Notes: generated by a model not told the origin, from the letters alone. 64,000 nucleotides of DNA from Octopus vulgaris (GCA_951406725.2 OX597819.1:42408001-42472000), one strand, 5' to 3'. Counted from the first letter of the stretch, positions 43,702-58,467 are shown. Numbers and translations are program-made.

Positions 43702-44063
43702 TTCATATAGTATGTGTATGTATATAGTATACATACAGCGTGTATGTATATATATATTGAGAAAAAATGTCGTCAGAATTTTAGAAAAAAAAATCTTTTT
43801 ATTTCTTCATCATTATTAGCGTTTTCGTTCGTTTCTCGAACTTGTCAAATGCAATTTTGTGAATGTACAAACAGCTCGTTCATTTATATAAAACAGATGT
43901 TTTTTTTTTTGGGTGGGGGTGGAGAAGAGAACGTTGTTTTTGGTTCTTGAGGTGAGGTTCCACGACAATGAAGATAGATAGAAATATAGGTAGGTAGATA
44001 AGCTGATAGATATAGGTAGATAAATAGGTAGTTAGATTGATAGATCGACAGATAGGTAGAGAG

Positions 44064-44159
<96 letters not shown>

Positions 44160-45204
44160 ATTTGCATTCACGTATGCATACAGTATTGTAGATACAATAA
44201 TTGCCGATTTTGTCAGCGGAGATATATCTAGACAAAAATTCTGTCTCAGAGATGCAGTAAATGACTTCTAGAGTGCTCGTAAGGGTTAGGTTTTTTAAAT
44301 GTAATAAATAAATAAATAAATAACAAAAAAGTGAAAGTGAGACGCCTGTACATCACATGACACATCTTAATTTGTCTAAACGTTCACCACGGCAGTTTGA
44401 TTTCAAGAACAATAGCCCAAAAGGCAAAAACGGCCGTATTAAATGAATCAGTAATAAATGAAAAACAGGGAAAAACACCAAATTGTCCTGAGCATTGTGG
44501 AGCATCACCGGAGAGCATCTGTACGGTCCGAGCGGAATATTCGGTTGAGCACTGACCTCTGTTAACGCACATCGATTTCTGACAAGCTTTCATGGTTCGC
44601 TATTAGAGCACCGTGTTATTTCGGATCAGCGATGAGTGAATCAGTGATAAACAGGATAGATGCATAATATACTGATACAAAGAAATTATTACGCACAAAA
44701 TATACACACACAGACACACAAGCGTACGCCCACAAACATTTATATAAATTAAACTTAATATTAATTCCGTGACCAGGATGGCAAAAAGAATGTTTATAAT
44801 ATTGCGCTTGCTACTCTAATTTATTTTTAAAGAACTCATTATTAAACGACCTGAACACTTTACAAGTTTAAATTGTCCTCTAAAGGAAAGTTATTCTAGA
44901 CGGCCATATTTCACAACAGCTTCATCTGCTCTTTTCGTTCTGTTGAAGTTGAGAGGAATACTAACTCGATTATATCTTCCAATATAAGCGTGGCTAGCTG
45001 AAAAAATATTATTTCCGTACTTTGGATGATGAGGTAATAAAGTAACTCCTCGAAACAGGCGTAGGCAGGGAATGTAAGGTGGTATGCACAATATCTGTTT
45101 TGTATGAATAATTCTAGTTTCTCCAAACCGTTTAATTTCTATCTCCGAGATGATAGATGTAGTAGTTGTAGTTCCGAGACTGTTAGATATTGCATGGAGC
45201 AGTT

Positions 45205-45360
45205 CGGAATGTGGTAAGGAGTTGCTTCCCAGCCACAGGGTTCCGGATTCAGTCCCATTGCATGGAATCTTGGGTAAGTGTCTTCTGCTATAGCCTCGGG
45301 CCGACCAAAGCTTTGTGAGTAGATTTTGGTAGATGGTAACTGAAAAAAGCCTGTCGTATA
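45205..45360 (+). mobile_element. SINE family B 5' portion
   Basis: tgtggtaagga...gattcagtcccattgc...gccgaccaaagctttgtgag. Confidence 0.7.
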
Positions 45361-45645
45361 TATTTATATATATATACAAAATTAAGAGGAAGATGCGACG
45401 AAAGCTTTTCACATTTTATGGGGGATGTTACTACGACACACAAATAAACGAAAGTGACTACAATACATACATACATGCATACATACATAATTATGTTTAT
45501 TTGTTTGTTTGTTTGTGGGGGTGGATATGGTCATAAACAGCAGATCGTCCACGATGATATTATTTCAGTTTGATAACGCTGTTCGAAATGAAGTCGCTTG
45601 CAAACAAAAACTACCACCGGTACACACACACGCTCTCTCTCTATC

Positions 45646-45721
<76 letters not shown>

Positions 45722-45778
45722 TTGTATGTATGTGTATGTATATATGTGTGCTCGTGCACACACACGCATATATGTATG

Positions 45779-45851
<73 letters not shown>

Positions 45852-46229
45852 AACGCACACACACAAACATATATATATATATATACAGACATACGCACAT
45901 ACATACATTCATATATATATCTTGTATATGTGTATGTATGTGAGTATCATATATATATATATATGTGTGTGAATTACACACACACACACACACACACACA
46001 CATGTCCTACGTACAGACATTCTGTACAAGTTTTACAAATATATATACATACATGCGCATCTCCAACACCCATCTTATAAGCAACGAGGAAACAGTTAAG
46101 TCGACATTCTTTCTTAGAAAACAATAGAATATTTCTAACAGTCATGTGGATATAATTAGCATGGTTCCATTGTTGTTGTTGCTGCTGTTGCTATTTCTGA
46201 AGTTGTTGTTGTTTCTGTTGTTGTTGTTG

Positions 46230-46277
<48 letters not shown>

Positions 46278-46543
46278 ATGCTACGGCTTCCACTACTACT
46301 ATTACTATATATCAAAGTCCCTTCCGGACTTAACTACAAATAGGTATCCTCCTTTTAAATCGGTTACTTTTTGGTTATCTCAACCCATTAAAAAATTGCC
46401 ATTAAAAAACTGAGTTATCTCCCCACTAAAAAATTGAGTTTATGTTGCGACATGAGATTGGATTAAAAGAATTAGATCCTTTTGATTCAATACTTCAACA
46501 CATTGTTGACTTTTGACCTCCTCAATAGGCATGGTGTGATTTG

Positions 46544-46586
<43 letters not shown>

Positions 46587-46588
46587 TG

Positions 46589-46848
46589 CAGCGTGGAAGG
46601 TGTTTATAAGCCATCTAAAAACACACGAAAACTGTTCGATTCACTTCAACATTTGAGTTTAATTTGTCAAAATATTTTCGTCGCTTTCAAACTGCGACCT
46701 GTTCACTGATACAGCACGGAATTTTATCAGTGAACAGGTCGCGGTTTCAAAGCGACGAAAATATTTTGACAAATTAAATTTAAATGCTGAAGTGAATCTA
46801 ATGGTTTTTGTGTGTTTCTTAAATGGCTTATAAACACCTTCCACGCTG
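46589..46848. mobile_element. fold-back element (arms 46589-46711 / 46725-46848), each arm with a G3:C8 variant hammerhead motif
   Basis: Near-perfect ~123-bp inverted arms, 13-bp spacer; TCA-GTGAACA-G-GTCGC..GCGAC-GAAA-ATATT-T-TGA in both arms. Confidence 0.75.
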
Positions 46849-46919
46849 GAACAATTGTTTTTGTTTCAGCACACGATTTCAGATCAAGTCACTTGCTATG
46901 CAAGTATATCTCCGTAAAG

Positions 46920-47029
<110 letters not shown>

Positions 47030-47147
47030 TTAGAGGATATGCTAACCTCGTGAAGGGATGGTTGCATCCAAGGAAATACTGGTTCAATAACTAATATTTT
47101 CGGGGAATGAAATTCCCTTAAAACAATACGTATATATAAAACATATA

Positions 47148-48427
47148 CGAGGGACGTTCAATAAGTAATGCCTCTGACCCACTTGCAATTGTTTGATTTT
47201 GCATGTGCACTTATTTATATCTCTATAGATGAAGTGGAAAATTACAGCTCTGAACTAATTGTGGTTTCTGATTTACAGATGTTTGAACTGAGTCAAGTGT
47301 GAAATGGAGCCTGTTGAATTTCGAGCAGTGATCCAGTTTTTAATTTGAAAGGACACACACCACGGGAGACTTTTGATTAAATGAAAGTAACTTATGGTGA
47401 TGATGCCCCATCATATGACCTTGTAAAACGCTGGCATCGTAAATTCAGACATGGTCGGAACTCTGTAGAAACAGCTCCCAGATCTGGTCGCCCCCCTTCT
47501 GCCATTGATGAAGCATCTGTCCGTCAAGTTGAGGCTGCCATTTTGGAAGATCGACGCATAACTATTCGCCAAATAGTCCATGAGGTCAAGATTAGTACCG
47601 GGTCTGTGGAAACTATCATTCATGACCATTTGCATATGCAAAAGGTGTCTGCCAGATGGAATCCCAGGTTGCTTACACCTTTCCAGAAGCAAGAACGCGT
47701 CGAGTGCTCGAGGATGAATTTGGAGATATGCCAAGACGATGAGTCAAAATTTTTCAAAAGACTGATTACACAGGATGAAACCTGGGTCCATCACTATGAT
47801 CCAGAGACCAAAGCCCAGCCAATGCAGTGGAAGCACCGTGACTCACCTCCTCCAAAGAAGGCAAGGGTGCAGCCCTCCGCTGGCAAGGTCATCCTCACAG
47901 TCTTCTGGGACCAGGATGGAGTAGTGATGACAGATTTCCTGGCAAAGGGTACCACAATTACAGGAGCCTATTATGCTTCACTTTTGAGGAAATTAAGAGA
48001 AGCTATCAAAATCAAGAGGCGGGGCAAGATCAGCAAAGGCATCCTCCTCCTGCAGGACAACGCTCCGGTCCACAACTCGCGTGTCGCCAGATCAGAAGCA
48101 CAGGCGTGCGGCTATGAACTCCTCTCCCATCCCCCTGCTCTTATGACCTTGCACCCTCTGATTTTCATCTCTTCCCAGCCACGAAGTTATTTTTGAAAGG
48201 AAAGCGTTTCCCAGATGATGCAGCCTTGATTTCTGAAGTTACGTCGTGGTTGGAGGACCAAGCTAGGGTCTTCTAAAAAATCGGTCTCCAGAGCTGCATC
48301 AAACGATTGGAGAAACGTGTAACTCTGGGTGGTTCATATGTAGAAAAAGACTAATAACTGTGCCAAGTTTCGTTGCTCTACTGCTATGGGAAGTGGGTCA
48401 GGGGCATTATTTATTGAACGCCCCTCG
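47148..48427 (+). mobile_element. mariner DD34D DNA transposon, copy 3 (disrupted)
   Basis: Same TIRs and TA TSD; ORF 47381-48196 near identical to copies 1 and 2; stops and frameshifts at both ends. Confidence 0.97.
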
Positions 48428-48489
48428 TAGTTTAAATCCATTTTAAAGAAGGAAAGAAAATTGATATAAGGAAGTTAATAATTGTTTAT

Positions 48490-48770
48490 TATTGGTCATC
48501 TTCGCTTCTTACAGCCGTTTCAGTTAATATTCAATAATTTAATTGCAAGTTTGTACATTAAATTTACATTAATATGACATGAGTATAATTTCATCAGTAG
48601 ACTCTGCTGAAAAGAAGTGATAGGCCCACATATAACATCCAAAGGGGCATCTGTTATATCTCTAAGGAAATTATACTCATGTCACACAAATGTAAAGTTA
48701 ATGTACAAATTTGTAATTAAATGATTGAGTATTAATTGAAACGGCTGTAGGAAGCGAAGATGACCAATAT
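48490..48770. mobile_element. Penelope-like fold-back element with hammerhead motifs in both arms
   Basis: Arms ~48490-48592 / 48667-48770; minus CTGATGA-aattatactca...tgaatattaact-GAAACGGCTGTA; plus CTAAGGA-aattatactca...tgagtattaatt-GAAACGGCTGTA. Confidence 0.72.
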
Positions 48771-48774
48771 ATAT

Positions 48775-49177
48775 ACTCTTTTACTCTCTTTTACTTGTTT
48801 CAGTCATTTGACTGCGGCCATGCTGGAGCACCGCCTTTAGTCGAGCAAATCGACCCCGGGACTTATTCTTTGTAAGCCCAGTACTTATTCTATCGGTCTC
48901 TTTATTTTTGCCGAACGGGGACGTAAACACACCAGCATCGGTTGTCAAGCAATGCTAGGGGGACAAACACAGACACACAAACACACACACACATATATAT
49001 ATATACATATATACGACAGGCTTCTTTCAGTTTCCGTCTACCAAATCCACTCACAAGGCATTGCTCGGCCCGGGGCTATAGCAGAAGACACTCGCCCAAG
49101 ATGCCACGCAGTGGGACTGAACCCGGAACCATGTGGTTGGTTAGCAAGCTACTTACCACACAGCCACTCCTGCGCCT
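48775..49177 (-). mobile_element. SINE family B, full length
   Basis: Reverse complement of the family B head, body and tail. Confidence 0.87.
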
Positions 49178-49209
49178 GTATATATGTATATATATATACA
49201 TATATATAC

Positions 49210-49255
<46 letters not shown>

Positions 49256-49265
49256 TATACATACA

Positions 49266-49305
<40 letters not shown>

Positions 49306-49322
49306 GAGAGATATATTTTTAT

Positions 49323-49369
<47 letters not shown>

Positions 49370-49372
<3 letters not shown>

Positions 49373-49500
49373 GACGGGCTTTTTCAGTTTCCGTTTCCCA
49401 AATCTGCTCACCAGGCATTGGTCGTCCGGGGCTGTAGTAGAAGATACTTACCCGAGTTGCTGCGCACTGGGATTGAACCTCACGCCATATGATTGCGAAC
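49370..49500 (-). mobile_element. SINE family B 5' fragment
   Basis: acgacgggctttttcagtttccg...ctgggattgaacc. Confidence 0.65.
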
Positions 49501-49828
49501 TATATTATTCTTAACCAGACAGCCAAAGTTGTTCTCCGGTTATTTAGTATTTTATATTCGTCTGACAGAAAGGAAAGCACGCAAGAAAGAAATCCAGATA
49601 GGGAGGAGAAGAAAGAGGAGGAGGAGGAGGGAAAGGGGAAACTAGAGGAGGAAGAGGGCGACGAGGGGCGGGGAGATGCCATTAAATGATTGGTTGAGGA
49701 TGATAACTATGTGAGAAAAGACTAGCGGTATTTGCTAATTAAATTCATGTAAACATGAATACATAATTAAGACAAGTCTGTTTGTCCAATTATCGCATAT
49801 ATATACATACATACGTACGTACATACAT

Positions 49829-49886
<58 letters not shown>

Positions 49887-50224
49887 ATAGATAGATAAAT
49901 AGATAGATATATAGGTATACGTACATACATATAAAATATATAATGGAACTGACAAACGAACCTGTATCTGGTGAATTAACCTGCTAAAAATAGCAACAAA
50001 ACTTCTCTCAAACTATACCCTGCTGTTTAAAAAGTGAAGGACATATTAAATAACGTAGTTTTTGATACTCTGTTACAACAGAAGACGTGCATAGTCACTA
50101 CTGCACGAATATTTTTAATCAAAAATGATCTGAGATTAAATAGTTACTACTACTACTACTACTACTTACGTGAACACTAAACAAAAGCATTAAACCGAAT
50201 AATTTTTGTGCCTTTTATTTTCTA

Positions 50225-50608
50225 CTAGCAGTATCGCCCGGCGTTGCTCGGGTTTGTAAGGGAAATAACTATAAAGCATTTTTAGAGAGTTGTAGCCAAA
50301 AAATAGCAAAAAAATGGGAAAAGAAATGATGGTAAATTTTTTTGATAGTTAAAAAGGTCGAGTTGCGTCCCCTAGACCATCTGTGGTTTGTGTTTCTGAT
50401 TGTCGACCCCATGTCGAATTTATCGATCTTTTTCAGAACTGGGGGAACTTTTCAAAATTTTCGCTGCGTTAGTTTTGAATTATGACATTGGGCTATGTGT
50501 GTGTCAAGTTTTATCAGAATCGGTTGAAAGCCGTGGTCAGAGTGAGGGTACAACCAAACAGACACACAGAAACACACACAGACAAACTGTCGTTTATATA
50601 GAGAGAGA
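50225..50608 (-). mobile_element. non-autonomous Helitron (same family as 16978-17783)
   Basis: 5' TC, 3' hairpin cccgagcaacgccggg and CTAG, A|T target; shared body aaaaggtcgagttgcgtcccctagac. Confidence 0.85.
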
Positions 50609-50692
50609 TAAATGAGAATTCTTCTTCTTCTTCTTCTCCTCCTCCTCCTCCTCCCCCTCCCCCTTCTTCTAATAATAATAATTATTATTATC

Positions 50693-50736
<44 letters not shown>

Positions 50737-50754
50737 TAGTATTATTATTATACC

Positions 50755-51650
50755 AGCATTCTCTGAGTGGCGGATTAGGTATGCCATGGCTCCTAATAAT
50801 CAGACACGCTTTCAGGTTACGCCACTTGGAACGATTTCCGGATGGTGAGCGTGTGTGTGCTCCGTTTGTGAGGCTCGTCTTTCCGCAGCTCGTCTCCTTG
50901 ACGGAGTTGCAATCCTGGGTGAGGAAAAGACCGAAACTGGGTGCCTGGAACCTAGAATACCGTCAGGCGTTAACAACCCTCAACCAGTTGGGCAATAGGA
51001 TCGGTGGATGTTCCGCTTTAGAAATTTATAGAGGATTAGTGGCGGGAAAGTTCGAGGACGTTCTCGGAGAGACTCTGGGCGTCAACGAGAACGAACTGGC
51101 GAGTCTGTTCCAGAGGACTTTCCGGTCGGGAACTATCATGGATAATTTCCAGATGTCCTTGGCCTGACAGTGCTACCAGGGGGCGTTACCGGTTCGAGAT
51201 AAACTCTACAGTCAGCGATGTGCTGTCAGACGAACTTGTCCAAAACAGTTGACGAAACTGTTCTGCACGCCCTCGTTTAGTGTCCGGGCATTGCTGACTT
51301 GTGGAGTTATGATGAACAGCTGCTGTCACGTGTGAGACGGATGCGTCTGTCGGCCGAGTCTGTAGTGATGATTACACCGCCGCCCTCCTTCAATCGGGCA
51401 AGCAAAGCAGTTTTCCTTTTCCTGGTGGCTGTGGCGAAAGAAACTGTTTGGTGGACAAGGCTGAAAAGTATGAGGACAGATGCATTCCTAAATGGTAGAT
51501 CTATCATTGATTTTTTCAAGTTTCACTTGAAAAGGAAATTGAGAGTGGAGAGAGAAGTGCTGTCCTCGAGTGAGTTTATTGAAAGGTGGGTGTAAGTTAC
51601 GAAAATACCAAGAATGGATGGTACCTCTCTAAGTGTAGACCTGTGAGTCG
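50755..51650 (+). pseudogene. L1/Tx1-type LINE ORF2 C-terminal fragment
   Basis: GALPVRDKL, ETVLHAL..CP....LWSY, AKETVWWTR motifs of the Tx1/L1 zinc-knuckle region; stops and frameshifts. Confidence 0.75.
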
Positions 51651-51866
51651 AAGAGAGGGAATTTCTCTTTAAAACTTTGTATGCCATGCATTTGTCCCTT
51701 CTTTTTCAGTGTATACCGTGTATACTTTCTTTTATTTTTTAAATATCATTTTATTATATGTAAACTCCCAAACTATGCCTGTCTTTGTATTGTCCTCCTC
51801 ATCCTTCGCCCTTGTGGCAACTAAATGAAAACATTATTATTATAATTATTATTATAATTATTATTA

Positions 51867-51900
<34 letters not shown>

Positions 51901-54372
51901 CCTTTCTAATGTTTGGCCCAAGGCCAGCAACTTTGAAAGATGCTGGTCTTGTGTCCAAAATTAGTAAGGATTATTTTCTATCTTTCAAAATTGCTGTCCC
52001 AGAAGAACTCCATTGATAAATTTGTCTAACTATATTTTCTTTCTAAAGTTATCAGTAACAGAAATTATAAAAGCAGCAGGAATGTGTGGTTGTGATAATT
52101 GTATTTCTAAAAACATGAATTCCATAACGTTTCTGGTGTAACACTAATTAGAGCAAATGTTTTTTGCCATCATAAATCGAAATATCGAAATAGTTATTGA
52201 AATATTTGAAAAATACCAAACAATCGAACGCCAAGTATTTTTGTTCAACGCTGTTAAATGTTTCAAATAGTTTGCTTCTTTTATTTATGAAATTCCCATA
52301 TTTAATCGTTCTTTATTTAGTTAATAAATGGTTGCAACATATTTGTTATTGCTTGAGTATGGACAGTGTGAAACTCTTAGTGATAATTTGTGAGCTTTCC
52401 ACTTAAAATAAATTAGAATATTCCTAAATCCAAAATTTTCTTCTCACATTTCTATATATAACGCTCCTCATTTTTATATATATACTCGATATATACTTAA
52501 ATTATATTTACATTTAAATTTGTGTGTATATATATATACTTAAATTTGCATAATGTACTGAATTGAACGTAGAGAACCGTTTCCCCCCCAAACCTAAAAC
52601 CCCTGCATCAATGGTCCCTCTATCTCTCCTTTTCCATCCAGTGAGTGCACTATTTTAGTGAAGAATACATTATCATACAAAGATGCTGTGCAGGATAACA
52701 GAATGACCAAAGAATATAATACGAAACTAAAAAGTTAATCGAAGCTTGTCTTTTGCAACAACTCATAACGCATTTTCAGTTCCAGTGCTGATTGCAACGT
52801 ACGGGATACTCGGCTGGTCTCTCTAGAAAATCCCGATCCATAGATATTCAAACCTACAAGGTCCTGACATCACCACCTCCGCCTATAGAAACAGGGATAT
52901 TGATAGGCTGTCTCTCAGAAGTAAAGCCAGAGGAAGAGACTTAAGTTCCGTGCAGACGACCTTTGAATGTCATATGACATCACTCAGACAGTATCTGCCG
53001 GACAAAGGCAGCAAAATTAAATCCATCAACTAAGAAGGTCGCTTGTGAATTCCTTAAAAGTTACTCACTTCCCGATGCGATTCCAAAATTCCTGGCTCAG
53101 CGTTTCTCAGCAAAAACCTGAAAAGTAAAGAACAAAAATCACTCTGCAGACCACAAAAAGGTTACATCAGGGTATGTCTCCTGTCAACTTGAAGTTAAAG
53201 CTAATATTAACATGAAGTGTATCTTTTGTTTGACTCGTGACTGTTATGTCGAGTCACATTTCGGTTGCTTTTGCAATCCAAGTGCTAAAGATAACAACTA
53301 AATACCCTAAATAAGTACAAGCGGCAGCGAATTCCCTAAATCCCCAAGATGCAACAAAAATGTTGATGAAGTCGCATGTCTGAGGATGTTATTACACATG
53401 TGGTTAATAGATGTTTAAAAATGTCATCCAAGTACTGCTTCTTGATGCAGCATATGTTTGTGGTTGTTAAAACAATATACAATACTCTCGGATAAACATA
53501 GAAAATAACCCAGTTATTGAAAACATACATATTAACCCAAAGATTATTGGTGGAACATTCTCATAAAAATTTACACCAAGTGCAGACTTAACAGGCTTGG
53601 TATAGTTAATCGGGACAGAAAAGGAAAACGAGGTGCAGTTATAGACGTCAGCTGCTCTGCAGATGTGAGCATTTCTTACAAAATCAGTGAGAGAGAGAGA
53701 GAATATTTATGGACATCTGCTTTGAAACCTGCAGTTTCTCTACTCAGATTATTAATTTACATAAAACTTGGCTGTGTTAGTAAAAGCTGAAGCGACTATC
53801 ACGAAAAGCTAATATTTTCAGATAAAGAAATTGATCAGTTTATACAAACCACAGATACAATTCGAGAGCAGAATAATTAAAATATGCAAGTTCAACATTT
53901 AACTTTAATAGTTTTTGTTGTCCAAATTCCAGCGACGAAGACTTTGCTTTTTGTTGAAAAATAGTTCCTAATGAGAGTAAGAATTTACATGGATTAAGAA
54001 ACACATGCACACACATATATTTATATATACTAATTCTCTGGCATTTATTCGGTCTCTCAGTTTGTGTGTGTGTCCGTGTGTGAGTATGATACATAGGGTC
54101 TACGTACGTATTTGAGTGTATGTGACGAATGCATTGGACGCGTCATAAAGCGAGGTCGATGTATGAACGTGTGTAGTGGCTGTGTTGGAGAAAAGAGAAG
54201 ATAATGTTTACGTGTATGGACGGATTATGTGTAATTGTATGTGTGTGTGCGTGTGTAAGTAGTTTGTGAGGTGTGTTTGTGTGTGATGTGTGGAGAGAGG
54301 TTATGTGAAGATGTGCGTGTTGGTATAAGTTGAACTGGTGTGTGTATCAGTATTTGTATGTGTGTACGTAGG

Positions 54373-54449
<77 letters not shown>

Positions 54450-54539
54450 CACAGTCCAGTAAACTTATACTCCATTCTGTCTGCTGACCACTTTTTCTTA
54501 TTCGTTATAAACAATATATGTAACTTATACACAAACAGA

Positions 54540-54610
<71 letters not shown>

Positions 54611-56329
54611 CTGTATATCAAACTGAAAGCACACATTGCTGAAAGCCTGCTAAACTGCATTATTTATCTCTAGGAAGTATCCCTTGTAAACGCAAAGTGT
54701 TAAAAAACATTAAAAAATATATGAAAATCCTCCGATGTCTCTCAATTAGGCGCCAGAGCAATGGTTTAGTAATCATATTCTTACTATGTCATTAGCGGTT
54801 GATTTGGTCTTAGCATGCAGTTGCCAATGGATAACTGTTTCTGACGAAGCCCAAAAGCCCAAAAGAACGTGTATTTAGCAATGCCACCACAGCCGCTGTA
54901 CGATTTTCGCCTGCTTTTGGGTATATTTTTATGTTTGTCGAAACGAATACAACTGTTTATCTAGCATTCAATGACATATCTTCTTTAAATAGAAGACACA
55001 AATTGCAATTTTCAACTTTTGAATTAATAACCCTGTCGCTGAGGACGATACACACACACACACACACACACACATACAGATAAACGAACATACACACACA
55101 TACATGCACGCACACACACACACCATGCCATAAAAGTAAGTGCTTAAATCTGCTGACGTCACCGACTTGCTATAAAACCTCGATCACGATATATTGCCTT
55201 TCATTTTTCTTGTAAATAAACTTTTCAACTTACCACACCCTCACTAAAATACAACAATGCAACTCAATAAAACTGAAAATAGTTTTCTCTAATTTCTGCT
55301 GCATGAACGAATTGTTACTATGATTGACACCGCAACAATAACCCACACTGCAAAACTTGTACCTGAAACAACGACACCAAAAGCATAACAATCTAAACTG
55401 CGTCTCAGCTATTTCCATACAAGCTGAACACCTTACGATCTCTGGTTAGGTTTTATGCAATCAATTGTGAATTCTTCTGTCGTGGACGACAGATGGGAGT
55501 TTTGCAACTTCTTTATTTCATTATATTTGCCATAAAGGCAGTACATAGAATAAACTAGCTTTGCAGGCTGGACAAGGACATTAATGAAATGAATGATAAT
55601 GAAACAAGGATAATAAGGATGGAAGAAGACAAAAAGCGCCCGCCGACTTCTGCTTCTCTAAAACATTGTTCTTTAAAACCAAACATAAAACGAGGTATTG
55701 AACCTCTTACAACTTTTACAACTTTTCAATTTTTGGACTTAACAGTCCATGAAAAACAACAACATAGTTCAATAATTACATATATATAAATACTATACAC
55801 AAAGCCCCTCCTCCAAGACCAGGCTGTACGCTTCCCTTAGGCAATGCTCCAGCTCTAGGTCTGGCCCAGTTCGGCAACTTCTTGCCCAACGACCTGCACA
55901 AAAGGTTTGTTTATAGGGATCAAATGTATGTGTTGTCCATGAGCTCACTCCCTGCGTCAAACCGACATTGTACAGGTGCACCGTGTGTCAAACGTCAGAT
56001 GTCAAAGTGATCGCAGAGCAAGAGGAAATAAGATGTTTTGGTCAAGAACACAGTGCACCGCCCGGCCCGCAAATCGAAACTACGAACTTACAATCGTGAG
56101 TGCAACAAGCCATACTCTGAGCCGACTATAGTGCTCTAATACCTTTCCTCCACGAAAAACTGCAGCGAAGAACCTTTACGCGTTCAACTGTCTCTCAAGC
56201 CTTTTTAAATTGGTTTGAACTTTCTTTTACTTTGTCACTGCTTCGCACACCTCTTCATGATTATGTCCTTGATTTCTATTTTGGTGCATAAATTCAGAGA
56301 TTTTGGCAGCATTATATTATTATTCTCTT

Positions 56330-56760
56330 TTTTACTCTTTACTCTTTTACTTGTTTCAGTCATGTGATTGTGGCCATGCTGGAGCACCGCCTTTAGTCGA
56401 GCAAATCTACCCCAGGACTTATTCTTTGTAAGCTTAGTACTTATTCTGTCAGTCTCTTTTGCAGAACCGCTAAGTTACGAGGACGTAAACACACCAGCAT
56501 CGGTTGTCAAGCGATGTTGGGGGGACAAACACAGACACACAAACACATACATATATATACACACATATATATACGACGGGCTTCTTTCAGTTTCCGTCTA
56601 CCAAATCCGCTCATAAAGCTTTGGTCGGCCAGCGGCTATAGTAGAAGACACTTGCCCAAGGTGCCACGCAGTGGGACTGAACCCGGAACCATGTGGTTCG
56701 TAAGCAAGCTACTTACCACACTTACCACACAGTGGCAAGCTACTTACCACACAGCCACCA
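56330..56760 (-). mobile_element. SINE family B
   Basis: Near identical to 48775-49177; small duplication at the head. Confidence 0.87.
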
Positions 56761-56889
56761 TGTTAAAGATTTTGATTCTGTCTTCGATTTTGTCCGACAA
56801 TTAAGGTTGTTTGTTACAAGAGCAACACAAGAACACACGCCCAGACAGGCAGATTAATATTATAGAATTCTTGAAGTTAATTCCCTTTA

Positions 56890-58079
56890 CGAGGGTGGGC
56901 CGAAATGTTCATAGGCTGATCATGAAGGAGTGGTGCTAGAGCTGTGGAATCTTGCCTGCATTAATTTCAGGTCTTCTTCTTAATTAGATGCAATGTTTTC
57001 TTTCCAGATAAACAGACATATAACTGTTCAAAGAATATTTCAAAAGTAACTAGTAGCGACCTCTCTTAAAAATGGACAAAATTGGGTATAGCGGTGTTAT
57101 CAAATACCTGCAGAAAAAAGGTTTAGCCCCCAAGGGTATTCAGCTTTATCAAGAGTGCAAAAGTGGGGAACTAAATTAAGGCATGGAAGGGAGAATCTTG
57201 GAGATCACCCAAGGCGTGAACGTTCTTCAACTACCACCACCAAGGAAAAAACTGACCGTGTTCAGCACATGGTGATGGATGACCAGCGATTTACTATAAA
57301 TCAAGTAGTCAATACTATTAGCATATCTGATGTGGGAGTTGATGTGCACAATGAACTTGGTATGACGAAGGTTTATTGCTCGGTAGGTGCCACATCTTTT
57401 AGCACTTGATCAAAACCGCACCAGGTTGGTCATACTACGGGAATATCTGACATTATTTCAGGCAGGTCCAGCTGGTTTCCTTGAACGTTTCCTAAGGCAG
57501 GATGCCTGTTTGACTTCACCACTTTGAGTGAAAGACAAAGAGACAATCTATGCGGTGAAAACAGCTCTTCTAACCTGTTCCGATGGTTTATTGACGATCT
57601 TCAAAAGAGACCACATCATCAATGGAAAGTATAATGCCAACTTGCTCAGACAGTAATTTAAAAGCTATCAAGACCAAACGCCCAGGAAAACTGACAAAAG
57701 GGGTCTCGTTTCATCAGGACAATACTCTAGCACATAAGTCCTTAGTTTCGGTGACTGGTACGCAATACTATGGCTTCGAACTTGTTAATCATCTTCCCTA
57801 TTCTCCTGATTTGGCCCTATCTGACTATCATCTGTTCCCCTATATGAAAGAAACACTTCGCTGAAAACCAGCTTCACAGTGACGATGACGTCATAACTGC
57901 AGTTGAGGACCTTCTTGAACAACAGGATGAAAGCTTCTTCATACATGGGGTCAAAACACTGCAACACAAATGGAAGAAGTGTGTGAACCGCAAGGGCGAG
58001 TAGGTTAAAAATAAACTCCATTTGGTCACATTCCCTGAGAAAATCTTAGTCAGCCTATGAACTTCTAAGTCGAAACATG
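56890..58079 (+). mobile_element. old degenerate mariner (third family)
   Basis: TIR cgagggtgggccgaaatgttcataggctga / tcagcctatgaactt; HQDNTLAH and PYSPDLALSDYHLF motifs. Confidence 0.88.
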
Positions 58080-58314
58080 TATCCTATGACCTTCCACAAC
58101 AAATTACTGCTGAACGTGTTGCTGTTTTTCTTCAACTTTGTGAGAAATTTCAGATAAATTCAGAGTGAGTGGCATTTACTGTGTCCATTCAGCTAAATTT
58201 AAATTCTTTTCAAACTCTTGCCAAGGTCATTTTGGCCGTTATTTTCCTTAGTTATGTGTATGTATGTATGTATGTAATAATATAAATAATACATACACAC
58301 ACACACACACAAAA

Positions 58315-58399
<85 letters not shown>

Positions 58400-58426
58400 C
58401 GTATATGTACGTACTTATATCTATAC

Positions 58427-58467
<41 letters not shown>

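Noticed and set aside
45021-45065. HHR-like GAGG..CCTC-GAAACAGGCGTA
   Set aside because: Core and stem I too degenerate to call.
54838-54925. Partial HHR pieces (ctgacgaagccc on plus, ggcgaaa on minus)
   Set aside because: No complete motif on either strand.
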